Positions 47,938-57,150 of a stretch of DNA of 64,000 bases are shown here, in pieces. The stretch covers positions 51,728-115,727 of the forward strand of contig JAYZFK010000094.1 of the NCBI GenBank assembly GCA_036336835.1, read 5' to 3'. The notes under the pieces were generated by a model. That model did no database searches and was not told the origin of the DNA. It saw nothing but the letters and a program-made list of their open reading frames with translations. A program made the translations under genes and the position numbers. The DNA comes from Myxococcota bacterium. GTDB lineage: Bacteria; Myxococcota_A; UBA9160; UBA4427. Within the stretch, counting starts at the first letter, position 1; the number at the start of each line of letters is the position of its first letter.

Positions 47938-48951
47938 GTGCAGGATCGGCTGGTATTCGTGATCGGCGTCATGCGCTCGGGCTCGACCCTGCTCGCGCGC
48001 ATGCTTGGCGCCCACGGGGCAATCTACGCACCGGCCGAGCCCCACCTGATCACGCCGCTCGCACACCTCGGCTACTACGACAAGGTCGAGCGAGCGCCCT
48101 ACGACCCGATCATCACCCAGCGTGCGGCGCGGGCACTCGTGCCGGCCCTGGCCCGGCAGGAAGAGGACTACCTCGAGGCGCTGCGCGCCTGCACCGACTC
48201 GCTGTATTCCAAGCTGCTGGCGCCGAGTGGACGGCGTCTGCTGGTCGACAAGACGCCGGCCTATGCGCTGGTACTCGACTTCCTGGTCAAGCTCTACCCC
48301 GATGCCCGCTACGTGGTGCTGACCCGCAACCCGATGGCCGTGTGGTCGAGCGTCGTCGACTCGTTCTTCGACGGCAACCACGAGGTCGCACACGCTCACA
48401 ACCCGGTGCTCGAGCGCTATGTGCCGGCGATCGGGCGTTTCCTGCGCGAGCGGCCGGTGCCCCGCGTCCACCTGCGCTACGAGGATCTGGTCCAGGACCC
48501 GGAGGGGCAGACGCGCCGCCTGTGCGAGCACCTGTCCATCCCCTTCGAGGACCGCATGGTCGACTACGGCGAGCAGCCCGGCGGCCAGATCGAGACACCG
48601 CGCGGACTGGGCGACCCGATCCGCGCCGCGCGCGAGAGCAGACCCACCACGGGATCGCTCGACAAATGGACCAAAGCACTCGAAGGAAGGCCAGAGAAGG
48701 TACTGCAATGCCAGCAGATTCTGGCTCGTCTCCTGGACGACGATCTGACCAGCTGGGGCTTCGAGCGCGCGGCGCTCGAAGCGCAGCTGAGCGCGATCCC
48801 GGGCACGGGAGGCGGTCGCCGGGGGCCCCGACCGTGGCGCCACACGCTCGAGCGCCGGGTGCTGGTCCGGCTGCGCCACAACGTCCACCACAACGCGTTC
48901 GGCCGGCTGGTGCGGTCCGTCCGCGACGCCTGCGACGTGCTGCTCCGCTAG
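47938..48951 (+). CDS. PAPS-dependent sulfotransferase (Sulfotransfer_3-like)
   Basis: 5'-PSB loop GVMRSGSTLL, DKTP, 3'-PB RNP..V.SS, RYEDLV.DP. Confidence 0.9.
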   Translation: MQDRLVFVIGVMRSGSTLLARMLGAHGAIYAPAEPHLITPLAHLGYYDKVERAPYDPIITQRAARALVPALARQEEDYLEALRACTDSLYSKLLAPSGRRLLVDKTPAYALVLDFLVKLYPDARYVVLTRNPMAVWSSVVDSFFDGNHEVAHAHNPVLERYVPAIGRFLRERPVPRVHLRYEDLVQDPEGQTRRLCEHLSIPFEDRMVDYGEQPGGQIETPRGLGDPIRAARESRPTTGSLDKWTKALEGRPEKVLQCQQILARLLDDDLTSWGFERAALEAQLSAIPGTGGGRRGPRPWRHTLERRVLVRLRHNVHHNAFGRLVRSVRDACDVLLR

Positions 48952-48978
48952 CACCCGGGCCGTGCTATAGATCCCTGC

Positions 48979-49104
48979 ATGACGGATCCGTTCGAGCAGG
49001 CTCCGGTCGACGAGCGCTACGCGCCGCCGACGTTCGAAATGATCTCGCTCGATTGCGAGATCACCTCCTACGCGCCCGATGGAGACGACAGCCCGCTCTT
49101 CTAG
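48979..49104 (+). CDS. pqqA: PqqA-like RiPP precursor peptide, 41 aa (MTDPFEQAPVDERYAPPTFEMISLDCEITSYAPDGDDSPLF)
   Basis: Own translation, missed by the ORF track. Pattern aromatic-x-x-P-x-F-x-x-I-x-L-x-x-E-I-T-x-Y with the ExxxY core; high GC3 codon usage. Confidence 0.7.
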   Translation: MTDPFEQAPVDERYAPPTFEMISLDCEITSYAPDGDDSPLF

Positions 49105-49137
49105 CGCTGCGTCTGATCTCTCGCAGCCCTGAGAGCT

Positions 49138-49180
49138 CCGGAGAACTCGGACGCCCCGCGGGGCGTCTCCGGTTAATTTA
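49138..49180 (+). terminator. Putative intrinsic terminator after the pqqA-like gene
   Basis: Perfect 18-bp palindrome GACGCCCCGCGGGGCGTC (49150-49167) flanked by CCGGA/TCCGG, followed by TTAATTTA. Confidence 0.55.
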
Positions 49181-49240
49181 GTCCGGCTGCCTGCCGATGC
49201 AGATTGCATGGCTGGCGGATTCCGGCTCGGGTGGAACGCA

Positions 49241-49942
49241 ATGATTCGAACCGTCTGGCGCGCCGTTCGAGAGGCGGTGCGGCGCTACTTCATCGCCGGC
49301 CTGCTCGCCTTCGCTCCGATCGCGATCACCATCTGGGCGATCAGCTGGATCGTGACGCGCCTCGACAACCTGCTGCTCCCGCGCGTGTTGCAATGGGTCG
49401 TCCCGGGGGTGGAGCGGGCCCCCGACCTTCCGCCGCTGGTCGGCGCCCTGTTCACCTTCGTCGTGATCCTCGCTTCCGGCGTCATCGCGCGGCACTTCTT
49501 CGGCCACCAGGTGGTGAAGCTGTCGGAGGCCGTGCTCGGCCGGGTACCCGTCGCCCGCAGCATCTACGCCGCCGTCAAGCAGCTGTTCGAGGCCATCTTC
49601 CGCTCCGGGGCGAGCACGCGAAACTTCAACCGCGTCGTGCTGATCGAGTACCCGCGCAAGCGGCTCTACGCGCTGGCCTTCACCACGGGGCCCGCCGTCG
49701 GACCGGTGGCGGACACGATCAGCACCGACGATCTGGTCAACTGCTTCGTTCCGACCACGCCGAACCCCACCTCTGGCTTCTACCTGCTGGTGCACCGCGA
49801 CGAGCTTCGCGAGGTCGACATCACGGTGGAAGAAGCCTTCAAGGTGATCATGTCGGCGGGCATCGTGCAGCCGGAGACCGCCACGGCGATCGTGCCGAAC
49901 CTCTCGCCCGAGCGGGTCGCGCGCGCTGTGGGCGAGGAATAG
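49241..49942 (+). CDS. DUF502 domain membrane protein
   Basis: YFIAGLL..PIAIT, RVPVARSIY..VKQ, VLIEYPR, FVPTTPNPTSGF. Confidence 0.92.
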   Translation: MIRTVWRAVREAVRRYFIAGLLAFAPIAITIWAISWIVTRLDNLLLPRVLQWVVPGVERAPDLPPLVGALFTFVVILASGVIARHFFGHQVVKLSEAVLGRVPVARSIYAAVKQLFEAIFRSGASTRNFNRVVLIEYPRKRLYALAFTTGPAVGPVADTISTDDLVNCFVPTTPNPTSGFYLLVHRDELREVDITVEEAFKVIMSAGIVQPETATAIVPNLSPERVARAVGEE

Positions 49943-49971
49943 CGGTCTCCTGAGCTCGACCCGACCGCCCG

Positions 49972-50655
49972 CTAGCGGCTGGCCCAGCCAGCCTGCTCGG
50001 CCGTACCGCCCTCGCCTTCGCGAGCCGGCGGCGCCGTCGACCGCAGCCCGGCGAGCCCCGGGATGCGCGGCTGCATCAACAGCTCGAGCGGGTTGCCGCT
50101 CTGCAGCTGGCGCACGATCTCGGCATCCTCCAGCAGGCGCTCCGTCCACGGCCCGAGCGCATCGAGCAGCCCGCCGGACTCGTCGCGCGAAACGGCCTCG
50201 CTGCGTCGTTCGGCGAGCAGACGCTGGATCCGCTTCGCGGGCTCGCTGAACCGTGCCCCCTCGAGCGACTGACCCAGCGCTGCGATCAGCCCCACCATCA
50301 CCAGACCGCGGAGCCCCCCGCACAGCGCCCCCAGCGCCCGGTCGCCCGCCCCCCGGCGCTTGCCGCGCCGCTTGGCGCGCTGTGCACCGTCCGCGCGGCG
50401 AACGAACAGGCCGACGAAGCTCATCAACGCGAAGCCAGTCACGAAGCCCGCCGCGCCGCCAAGCGGCGCGGCGAGCATCAGGGGCGCGCCGAGCGTGCCC
50501 GCCACGAGCGTGCCGAAGCGCGTCGCGCCGACGATCGCAGCCGCGGAGACCACCACCAGCGAGAGCAGCGCGAGCAGCGACAGCAGGGCACCGCGCCAGG
50601 CACCGCGCACGACGAACAGCAACACGACGCAGGCGATCAGCCGATCGAACAGCAC
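49972..50655 (-). CDS. CvpA (colicin V production) family membrane protein
   Basis: D......RGAWRG and DRALGALCGGLRG motifs. Confidence 0.75.
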   Translation of the reverse strand: MLFDRLIACVVLLFVVRGAWRGALLSLLALLSLVVVSAAAIVGATRFGTLVAGTLGAPLMLAAPLGGAAGFVTGFALMSFVGLFVRRADGAQRAKRRGKRRGAGDRALGALCGGLRGLVMVGLIAALGQSLEGARFSEPAKRIQRLLAERRSEAVSRDESGGLLDALGPWTERLLEDAEIVRQLQSGNPLELLMQPRIPGLAGLRSTAPPAREGEGGTAEQAGWASR

Positions 50656-50686
50656 GCCCGTGTATCGGCGCCCCGGCGCCGGAAGT

Positions 50687-52240
50687 TCACGGGTCGGCAG
50701 ACCACTCGGCGCGGAAGCGAGCCGCCACAGCCGTCGGCAGCTCGCCACCCCGATCGACCGCGCCGTTCATCCGCTGCATCGCGGCGGCGTCGATGCGGCC
50801 CTCGAGCGCGGCGACAGCGGCCAGCAGCGCCGGCCACTCGCGCTGGAAGCGTGGGCTCGCCAGGACGATCGCATCGTAGGGCGGAATCACCTGCAGCTCG
50901 TCGCGCAGCACACGCAGCCCGAGCGCGGCGATCCGCCCGTCGGTCGAGAAGGCGCTGATCGCATCCACCTCGCGCTGCTCGACCGCGCTGTACATGAGCG
51001 CCGGATCCATCGAGCGCTGCTCGGCAAAGCGCAGCTGATAGCGACTCTCGAGTGCCTTCCACTCGGCGCGCACAAAGAACTCGTAGTCGCCGCCGATCGA
51101 GAGTCCCGGTGCCTTTTGCGCGAGCTCTCCCAGGCTCTCGATCCCGAGCTCGGCGGCGCGATCGTCGCGCATTGCGATCGCGTAGCTGTTCTCGAAGCCA
51201 AGCCTGGCCACGACGGCGATTCCGTAGTCTTCGGCCAGGCGCGTACGCACCTCGGCGAGCACACTCGCGCGGTCGCCTGGCGAACCGGAGCGCCCGAGGA
51301 TGGTGGCCCAGATGGTGCCCGAATAGTCGACGTAGAGATCCAGCTCATCGGTTCGCAGGGCGTCGAAAGCCACGGTCGAGCCCAGCGACTCGACACGCCG
51401 GACTGCTGGCCCGCCCGCCTGCTCGACGGTCTGGGCAAGCAGCGCGGCCAGCACATACTGCTCGGTGAAGCTCTTGGAGCCGATCGAGATCGAGCGCTCC
51501 GCACCGCCCGAGGCGTCAATCAAGCTGGCCACGACGAGGACGTAGAGCGCGACGAGCCCCGCGAGCGCACCACCCCAGAGGCGGCGCCGGCGCATCGCGA
51601 GCCCGCGCTCGAGCGTGCGCACCAGTCCGTCGAGCCCCAGCGCGAGCACGGCCGAGGCCACGCTGCCGAGCACGACGGCGCCGAAGTTGCGCGTCTGCAG
51701 CCCGCTGAAGATGAAGTTGCCCAGGCTGGTTGCGCCCACCGGCGTCGCCAGCGTCGCCGTGCCGACGACCCACACGGTCGCGGTCCGGACACCGGCGACG
51801 ATCACCGGTAGCGCGAGCGGCAGCTCGACGCGCAGCAGCCGCTGCCGGTCGGTCATGCCGACCCCGCGCGCCGCCTCGACCAGCGCCGCGTCGACCCCGG
51901 CGATACCGGTCACCGTGTTGCGCAGCATCGGCAACACGCTGTAGAGCGAGAGTGCGAGCCAGGCGGGCAGGAAGCCGATGCTGTGCAGCTCGACGCCGAG
52001 CACGGCGGCGGTCCAGACACCGAGCGCCGCGAGCAGCGGCACCATCAGCGCCAGCAGCGCCAGGCTCGGAACCGTCTGCGCCACGGCTGCGAAACCGAGC
52101 ACGGGGCCCTCGAGCCGCGGATGGCGCACCACGAATACCCCGAGCGGAATGCTCACCAGCGCCCCGGTACCGAGCGCCAGCAGCGACAGCTGCAGGTGTG
52201 CCAGCAGATAGCCGGGCAGCAGCGCGAGTTGCTCGCTCAC
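50687..52240 (-). CDS. Osmoprotectant-type (Opu/OsmF) ABC transporter, fused permease + substrate-binding protein
   Basis: QTVPSLAL, EAARGVGMT..Q.L..VELPLA, then GSKSFTEQY, DYSGT, GFENSYA, FSTDGRI. Confidence 0.92.
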   Translation of the reverse strand: MSEQLALLPGYLLAHLQLSLLALGTGALVSIPLGVFVVRHPRLEGPVLGFAAVAQTVPSLALLALMVPLLAALGVWTAAVLGVELHSIGFLPAWLALSLYSVLPMLRNTVTGIAGVDAALVEAARGVGMTDRQRLLRVELPLALPVIVAGVRTATVWVVGTATLATPVGATSLGNFIFSGLQTRNFGAVVLGSVASAVLALGLDGLVRTLERGLAMRRRRLWGGALAGLVALYVLVVASLIDASGGAERSISIGSKSFTEQYVLAALLAQTVEQAGGPAVRRVESLGSTVAFDALRTDELDLYVDYSGTIWATILGRSGSPGDRASVLAEVRTRLAEDYGIAVVARLGFENSYAIAMRDDRAAELGIESLGELAQKAPGLSIGGDYEFFVRAEWKALESRYQLRFAEQRSMDPALMYSAVEQREVDAISAFSTDGRIAALGLRVLRDELQVIPPYDAIVLASPRFQREWPALLAAVAALEGRIDAAAMQRMNGAVDRGGELPTAVAARFRAEWSADP

Positions 52241-53007
52241 GGCGTCTCGCCCCGACCGAGCAGCTCGTCGATCCGCTGCAGCTGACGCCGGGGCGTCGCA
52301 AGCAGCTCGGCGACGCGCTCATCGCCGGGCTCTGCCAATAGCTCGCGCGGCGTCCCCACGCGCACCAGCCGGCCTGCGTCGAGCACCGCGATGCGATCGG
52401 CGAGCAGCAGCGCCTCGCCCATGTCGTGCGTCACGAACACGAGCGTCAGGCCGAGCTCGCGGCGGATGCGCAGCAGTTCCTGCTGCAGGTGGTCGCGGGT
52501 CAGCGGATCGAGCGCGCCAAACGGCTCGTCGAGCAGCACGAGCTTGGGCTCCGCCGCCAGCGCCCGCGCCAGCCCGACTCGCTGGCGCTGGCCCCCGGAG
52601 AGGGTCGCCGGGTCGCGCTCGCGGAACTCACCCGGATCGAGCCGCACCAGCTCGAGCAGAGCGTCGATGCGCGCGTCGATCCGCTCGGCATCCCAACCGA
52701 CGAGCTGGGGCACGATCGCGACGTTCTCGCCGACCGTCAGGTGCGGAAACAGACCGACCTGCTGAAAGCCGTAGCCGATGCGTCGGCGTAGCTCGTGGCC
52801 GGGCAGGTCGGCGGCGTTCTCGCCGTCGATCCAGACCGAGCCCGAGCTCGGCTCCACCAGGCGATTGATCATCTTGAGCGTCGTCGTCTTGCCGCAGCCC
52901 GAGGCCCCGACCAGCACCAGCAGCTCGCCGGGCGCGACCAGCAGCGACAGCCGGTCGACGGCGACGGCGCCGCCGAACGCGCGCGACAGCTCGCGCAGCT
53001 CGATCAT
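52237..53007 (-). CDS. ABC transporter ATP-binding protein (OpuCA/ProV-like, no CBS domains)
   Basis: GASGCGKTTTLKMINRL, LSGGQRQR, LLDEPFGALDP. Confidence 0.93.
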   Translation of the reverse strand: MIELRELSRAFGGAVAVDRLSLLVAPGELLVLVGASGCGKTTTLKMINRLVEPSSGSVWIDGENAADLPGHELRRRIGYGFQQVGLFPHLTVGENVAIVPQLVGWDAERIDARIDALLELVRLDPGEFRERDPATLSGGQRQRVGLARALAAEPKLVLLDEPFGALDPLTRDHLQQELLRIRRELGLTLVFVTHDMGEALLLADRIAVLDAGRLVRVGTPRELLAEPGDERVAELLATPRRQLQRIDELLGRGETP

Positions 53008-53558
53008 TGGCGCCCCTCGGCCTGCAGCAGGCTCTCGACCTCGAACACGTGGGGATCGCAAGCGCCCATGGCGCGCAGCGCCGCGGCCAGCTCCAGCACG
53101 TAGTCGACGTTGTGTCCAGACGGCCCGCACGAGCCACGCACCTGGCGCACGATCTCCTCGAGCGGGGCGGGACCGAGATAGTTGCGATTGCCGGGCGTCG
53201 CCGCGTACATCAGGGCCGGGACGCGGCGCCGCCGACCGCCGTCGGTGAGCCACGCAGCGACCTCGAAGCGCTCGTAGCCTCCCTGCTCGCGCCGATCGAG
53301 CCCTGCGAGCACCTGCTCACGGGCCCGGGGCGCGACGCGATAGACGCGACCCGCGCACTCGCCTCCCGGCTCGGGCAGCAGGGTCACGACGCGCCCTGGC
53401 GCGCCCGGCACGCCGCGATGATCGGTCGAGCCCTGCCAGAAGACCCGGCGAAAGCCCCGGATGACGGCGGGGAGGCTCTCGACGTGATCGAAGTCCGGCC
53501 GCCAGACGAGCGAGCCGTAGCCGAAGATCCAGAGTGCCCGCGCCGGGTCCTCGGGCAC
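53004..53558 (-). CDS. chaC: ChaC-family gamma-glutamylcyclotransferase
   Basis: WIFGYGSLVW, QGSTDHRG..PGRVVTL, LDRRE, GPSGHN.DY. Confidence 0.9.
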   Translation of the reverse strand: MPEDPARALWIFGYGSLVWRPDFDHVESLPAVIRGFRRVFWQGSTDHRGVPGAPGRVVTLLPEPGGECAGRVYRVAPRAREQVLAGLDRREQGGYERFEVAAWLTDGGRRRRVPALMYAATPGNRNYLGPAPLEEIVRQVRGSCGPSGHNVDYVLELAAALRAMGACDPHVFEVESLLQAEGRQ

Positions 53559-53562
53559 CCCG

Positions 53563-54078
<516 letters not shown>

Positions 54079-54190
54079 TGCGGGCAAGGCTCGGCGCTCG
54101 GCCCCCGCGATGCAAGTCGCGGCCCGGCGGCTGCCGCGTGTCGCGGCCACACGCGCTCTGAGCGCAGAGGCCGCGCGCTATGCTCTCCGT

Positions 54191-54487
54191 ATGACCGAGA
54201 CACCGGAAGAGCGCGAGTCGGAGGCCGCGGAGGACGAGGCCCCCGCGCCAACGCCCTTCGACCACCCGATGTTCATGCCCGCGCTGCTCTTCGCGTTCGC
54301 TCTCTGGTTCGGCTACGACGGCTTCTTGAACGACGACCCCGACATGCTGGAGCACCAGATGTTCAACCGGGTCGGCTTCGGCCTGTGGATGCTGCTGCTC
54401 GCCTACTACGGCTACCGCGGGCTGCGGGAGCTGCGCGAGGGCGAGCCGCCGAGCGTAGACAGCGACCGCCCCGATCCGATCGACTAG
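54191..54487 (+). CDS. Small hypothetical two-TM membrane protein
   Basis: Two hydrophobic segments (WFGYDGF motif); TATGCT 6 nt upstream of the ATG. Confidence 0.7.
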   Translation: MTETPEERESEAAEDEAPAPTPFDHPMFMPALLFAFALWFGYDGFLNDDPDMLEHQMFNRVGFGLWMLLLAYYGYRGLRELREGEPPSVDSDRPDPID

Positions 54488-54498
54488 ATCGCTCGCCG

Positions 54499-55014
54499 AT
54501 GGACGAAGCCGACCTCCGCGTCCGCAGCGACATCGAGACATACGGCTGGCACGTCGCCAAGGTCGCCGGCGACGACAAGGCGCCGCCCTGGGCGTTCACG
54601 ATCGGGCTCGAGCACAGCTTCGAGCACCCCGAAGTGCTGGTCATCGGCATGGAGCTCGAGCTGCTGCACGGCCTGCTCAACCAGATCGGCGAGCAGGTCA
54701 AGCGCGGGCGACGCTTCGAGGCCGGAGAGCGGCCCGAGGGCGTGCTCGAGCGACACCCTCCCGCGTTCCGGCTCGCCCTGCCGCGCTGGCACGGCGCTTT
54801 CGTCGGCAACGCGGCCTGGTTCTACCGGGAGCAGAACTTTCGCGTGCTGCAGTGCTTCTGGCCGGATGCGGACGGCCATCTGCCCTGGGACGAGGCCTTC
54901 GACCCCGCCTGGCGCGGGCGGCAGCCCCTGCTGTTCCTCGACGACGAGAGCGAAGCGCTCGGCGAGCCGCTGGCGCAGGTGCTCCACGAGGAAGGAGCGC
55001 TGCAAAAGAGCTGA
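54499..55014 (+). CDS. DUF4262-like protein
   Basis: I..YGWHV..V, FTIGL...HPEVLVIG, LQCFWPD..G.LPWD, QPLL. Confidence 0.8.
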   Translation: MDEADLRVRSDIETYGWHVAKVAGDDKAPPWAFTIGLEHSFEHPEVLVIGMELELLHGLLNQIGEQVKRGRRFEAGERPEGVLERHPPAFRLALPRWHGAFVGNAAWFYREQNFRVLQCFWPDADGHLPWDEAFDPAWRGRQPLLFLDDESEALGEPLAQVLHEEGALQKS

Positions 55015-55046
55015 GCCCGGACCGGCACATCGGCCGATAGGAGGAG

Positions 55047-56519
55047 GTGGCCGACCGATCGCTACGTAAATCCGAGCGACCCGGCCCGCCTGCGAGCTCC
55101 CGCACGCAGACGGTCGCGATCCCGGTGTCGTACGAAGCCGGCTGCCACGCCGCCTCGGACCAGCGCGCTCCCGTGACCCGGGTGCAGCCCGGGGACGTGC
55201 TGGAGGCGCGGCACCGCTATCAAATCCTGCAACACCTCGGCCGCGGCGGCTTCGGCTCGGTCTACGTCGCTCGTTGCCTCGACCCGGGGCCGGAATCCCC
55301 GCCCGAGCAGGTTGCGGTCAAGGTGCTCGGCACGAGCAGCGATCCGCGCACGGCGAGCGCGCTCAAGCGCGAGCTCGCGGCCCTGCTCGCAATCGACGAC
55401 CCGCGCATCCCGACCGTCTACGACTGGAGCCTCGGCGACGCCGAGGCCTTCGTGGTGATGCAGTACTTCCCGGCCGGCAGCCTCGCCGACGCCTGGCCGT
55501 TCCTGTCGCGCGGCGACGAGTCACGAGTGTGGCGCCTGATCACCGACCTGCTCGGCGCGCTGTCCGCCGCACATCGCGCCGGGATCCTCCATCTCGACCT
55601 CAAGCCGAGCAACGTGCTGCTCGACGGCGACGGCGGCTTCGTGCTCAGCGACTTCGGTGTGTCGCAGGCCGCTCGGATGTCGAAGGGGCTGCTGCACCAG
55701 GGCAACGTCGCGCTCGGGCTCGGCACGCACGGCTACCGCGCACCCGAGCAGGCCAACCTGTCGATCCACGACTTCGACCTGCGCACGGACCTGTGGGGCG
55801 TGGGTGCAACCGCCTGGGCGATGTACACCGGCATCGACCTCAACAAGCGCCAGGAGGTGCTGCGGCGGGCCGAGGACGGCTACATCTTTGGCCTGCCCTC
55901 GCTGTCGGACATCGCGCTGGCCTGCCCGCCACAACTAGAAGAAGTCGTGATGAGCCTGCTGTTCCTCGACCCCGACCGCCGGCCGGGCGGTGCGCCCGAG
56001 GTGCTCGCCCAGGTGCGCGCAATCGCGGGCGGCTTCGGGCTCGATTCGCAGACGCTGGCGGCCGCCCGACGCGAGTGCGCCGACCCTGGCGAGATCCAGC
56101 AGGTGATCGACGGCATCTTCGATCCGCTGTGGGCCTCGATCTGCAGATCGCCGGGCTTCGATCGCTACTTCGCAAAGTACGAGCACGGCGAGGTGTTGGC
56201 GTCCGGAGTCCAGGGGGGCTTCCGCACCTTCCTGCTGCTGTCGGGCAAGGTCGAGATCGCCAGGCCCGACGGCCGCATCCTGGATTGCGAGGAGCGCGAG
56301 GGCTCGATGCTGTGCGCGATCTCGACGCTGACGGGCGCCTCGCGCGAGCTCACGCTGAGGGCCCGTGGCACGGTCTGGACCAGCGTGTTCAACGAGGCCG
56401 AGCTGGAGCAGCTGATCACCTGCAACTCGTCGGTCGCCGTGCGGATGCTGCGCAACCTGGCCAGCCGTCTGGCAAGCGGGCCGCCCCGCAACGGGCCGGC
56501 CGAGGAGCGGGACCACTAG
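55047..56519 (+). CDS. Ser/Thr protein kinase with C-terminal cNMP-binding-like domain
   Basis: LGRGGFGSVY, VAVK, HLDLKPSN, DFG, GT.GY.APEQ, DLWGVG; C-terminal LLSGKVEI beta-roll. Start uncertain. Confidence 0.88.
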   Translation: MADRSLRKSERPGPPASSRTQTVAIPVSYEAGCHAASDQRAPVTRVQPGDVLEARHRYQILQHLGRGGFGSVYVARCLDPGPESPPEQVAVKVLGTSSDPRTASALKRELAALLAIDDPRIPTVYDWSLGDAEAFVVMQYFPAGSLADAWPFLSRGDESRVWRLITDLLGALSAAHRAGILHLDLKPSNVLLDGDGGFVLSDFGVSQAARMSKGLLHQGNVALGLGTHGYRAPEQANLSIHDFDLRTDLWGVGATAWAMYTGIDLNKRQEVLRRAEDGYIFGLPSLSDIALACPPQLEEVVMSLLFLDPDRRPGGAPEVLAQVRAIAGGFGLDSQTLAAARRECADPGEIQQVIDGIFDPLWASICRSPGFDRYFAKYEHGEVLASGVQGGFRTFLLLSGKVEIARPDGRILDCEEREGSMLCAISTLTGASRELTLRARGTVWTSVFNEAELEQLITCNSSVAVRMLRNLASRLASGPPRNGPAEERDH

Positions 56520-56547
56520 GCGCCTCCGAGCGCGCGCGGTGGCGGGC

Positions 56548-57150
56548 TCAGAACACCGGTGCGGCGGGCACGGACTCCGGCCGCTGCGGGCTGGCGAGCT
56601 CGCGCGGCACGTCGCCCGCCGGATCCAGCGCGCCGGCCGCCGGCCCCGCGGCGGCGGTCGCGGCCGGGGATCCCGGCTCGATTCGCAGCTCGCCTCGCTC
56701 CGGAGTCGGCGTCTCGGCGATCTGCTTCTCGAGCAACGCGACCTTGCCCTTCCAGCTCGTGCGCTCGCGTTCGAGCCCGGTCGTGCGCCTCTTCGCCTTC
56801 TTGAGTTCAGCGCGCAGGACACCGATCTCGCGCTTCGCCGCGTCGCGGTCCGACTCGAGGGTCGCCACCGCCTGCTCGTCCGGCGTGCGCGCCGCAATCA
56901 GCCGCAGGCGCCCGAGTTCGCCATCGAGCGTCGCGATGGTGTCCTCGTACTCGAGCAGCCTGCGCTCCAGGCGGCCGATCTTGTGATCCTGCACGCCGTG
57001 CAGCGGCACGTAGGAGTACGCGAACGCCAGGAAGCCACCGAGCACGAAAATCGCCACGAACGCCAGTGGGTTCGCCAGCATCAGCCGACGCCAGTGGATC
57101 AACCGACCCCCAAAGCTTCCCAAGATTCCCTCCTCGAGTCGCTCGCTCAA
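56548..57150 (-). CDS. Hypothetical membrane-anchored coiled-coil protein
   Basis: One TM segment then a long coiled coil; TTG start overlaps the upstream stop. Confidence 0.6.
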   Translation of the reverse strand: MSERLEEGILGSFGGRLIHWRRLMLANPLAFVAIFVLGGFLAFAYSYVPLHGVQDHKIGRLERRLLEYEDTIATLDGELGRLRLIAARTPDEQAVATLESDRDAAKREIGVLRAELKKAKRRTTGLERERTSWKGKVALLEKQIAETPTPERGELRIEPGSPAATAAAGPAAGALDPAGDVPRELASPQRPESVPAAPVF

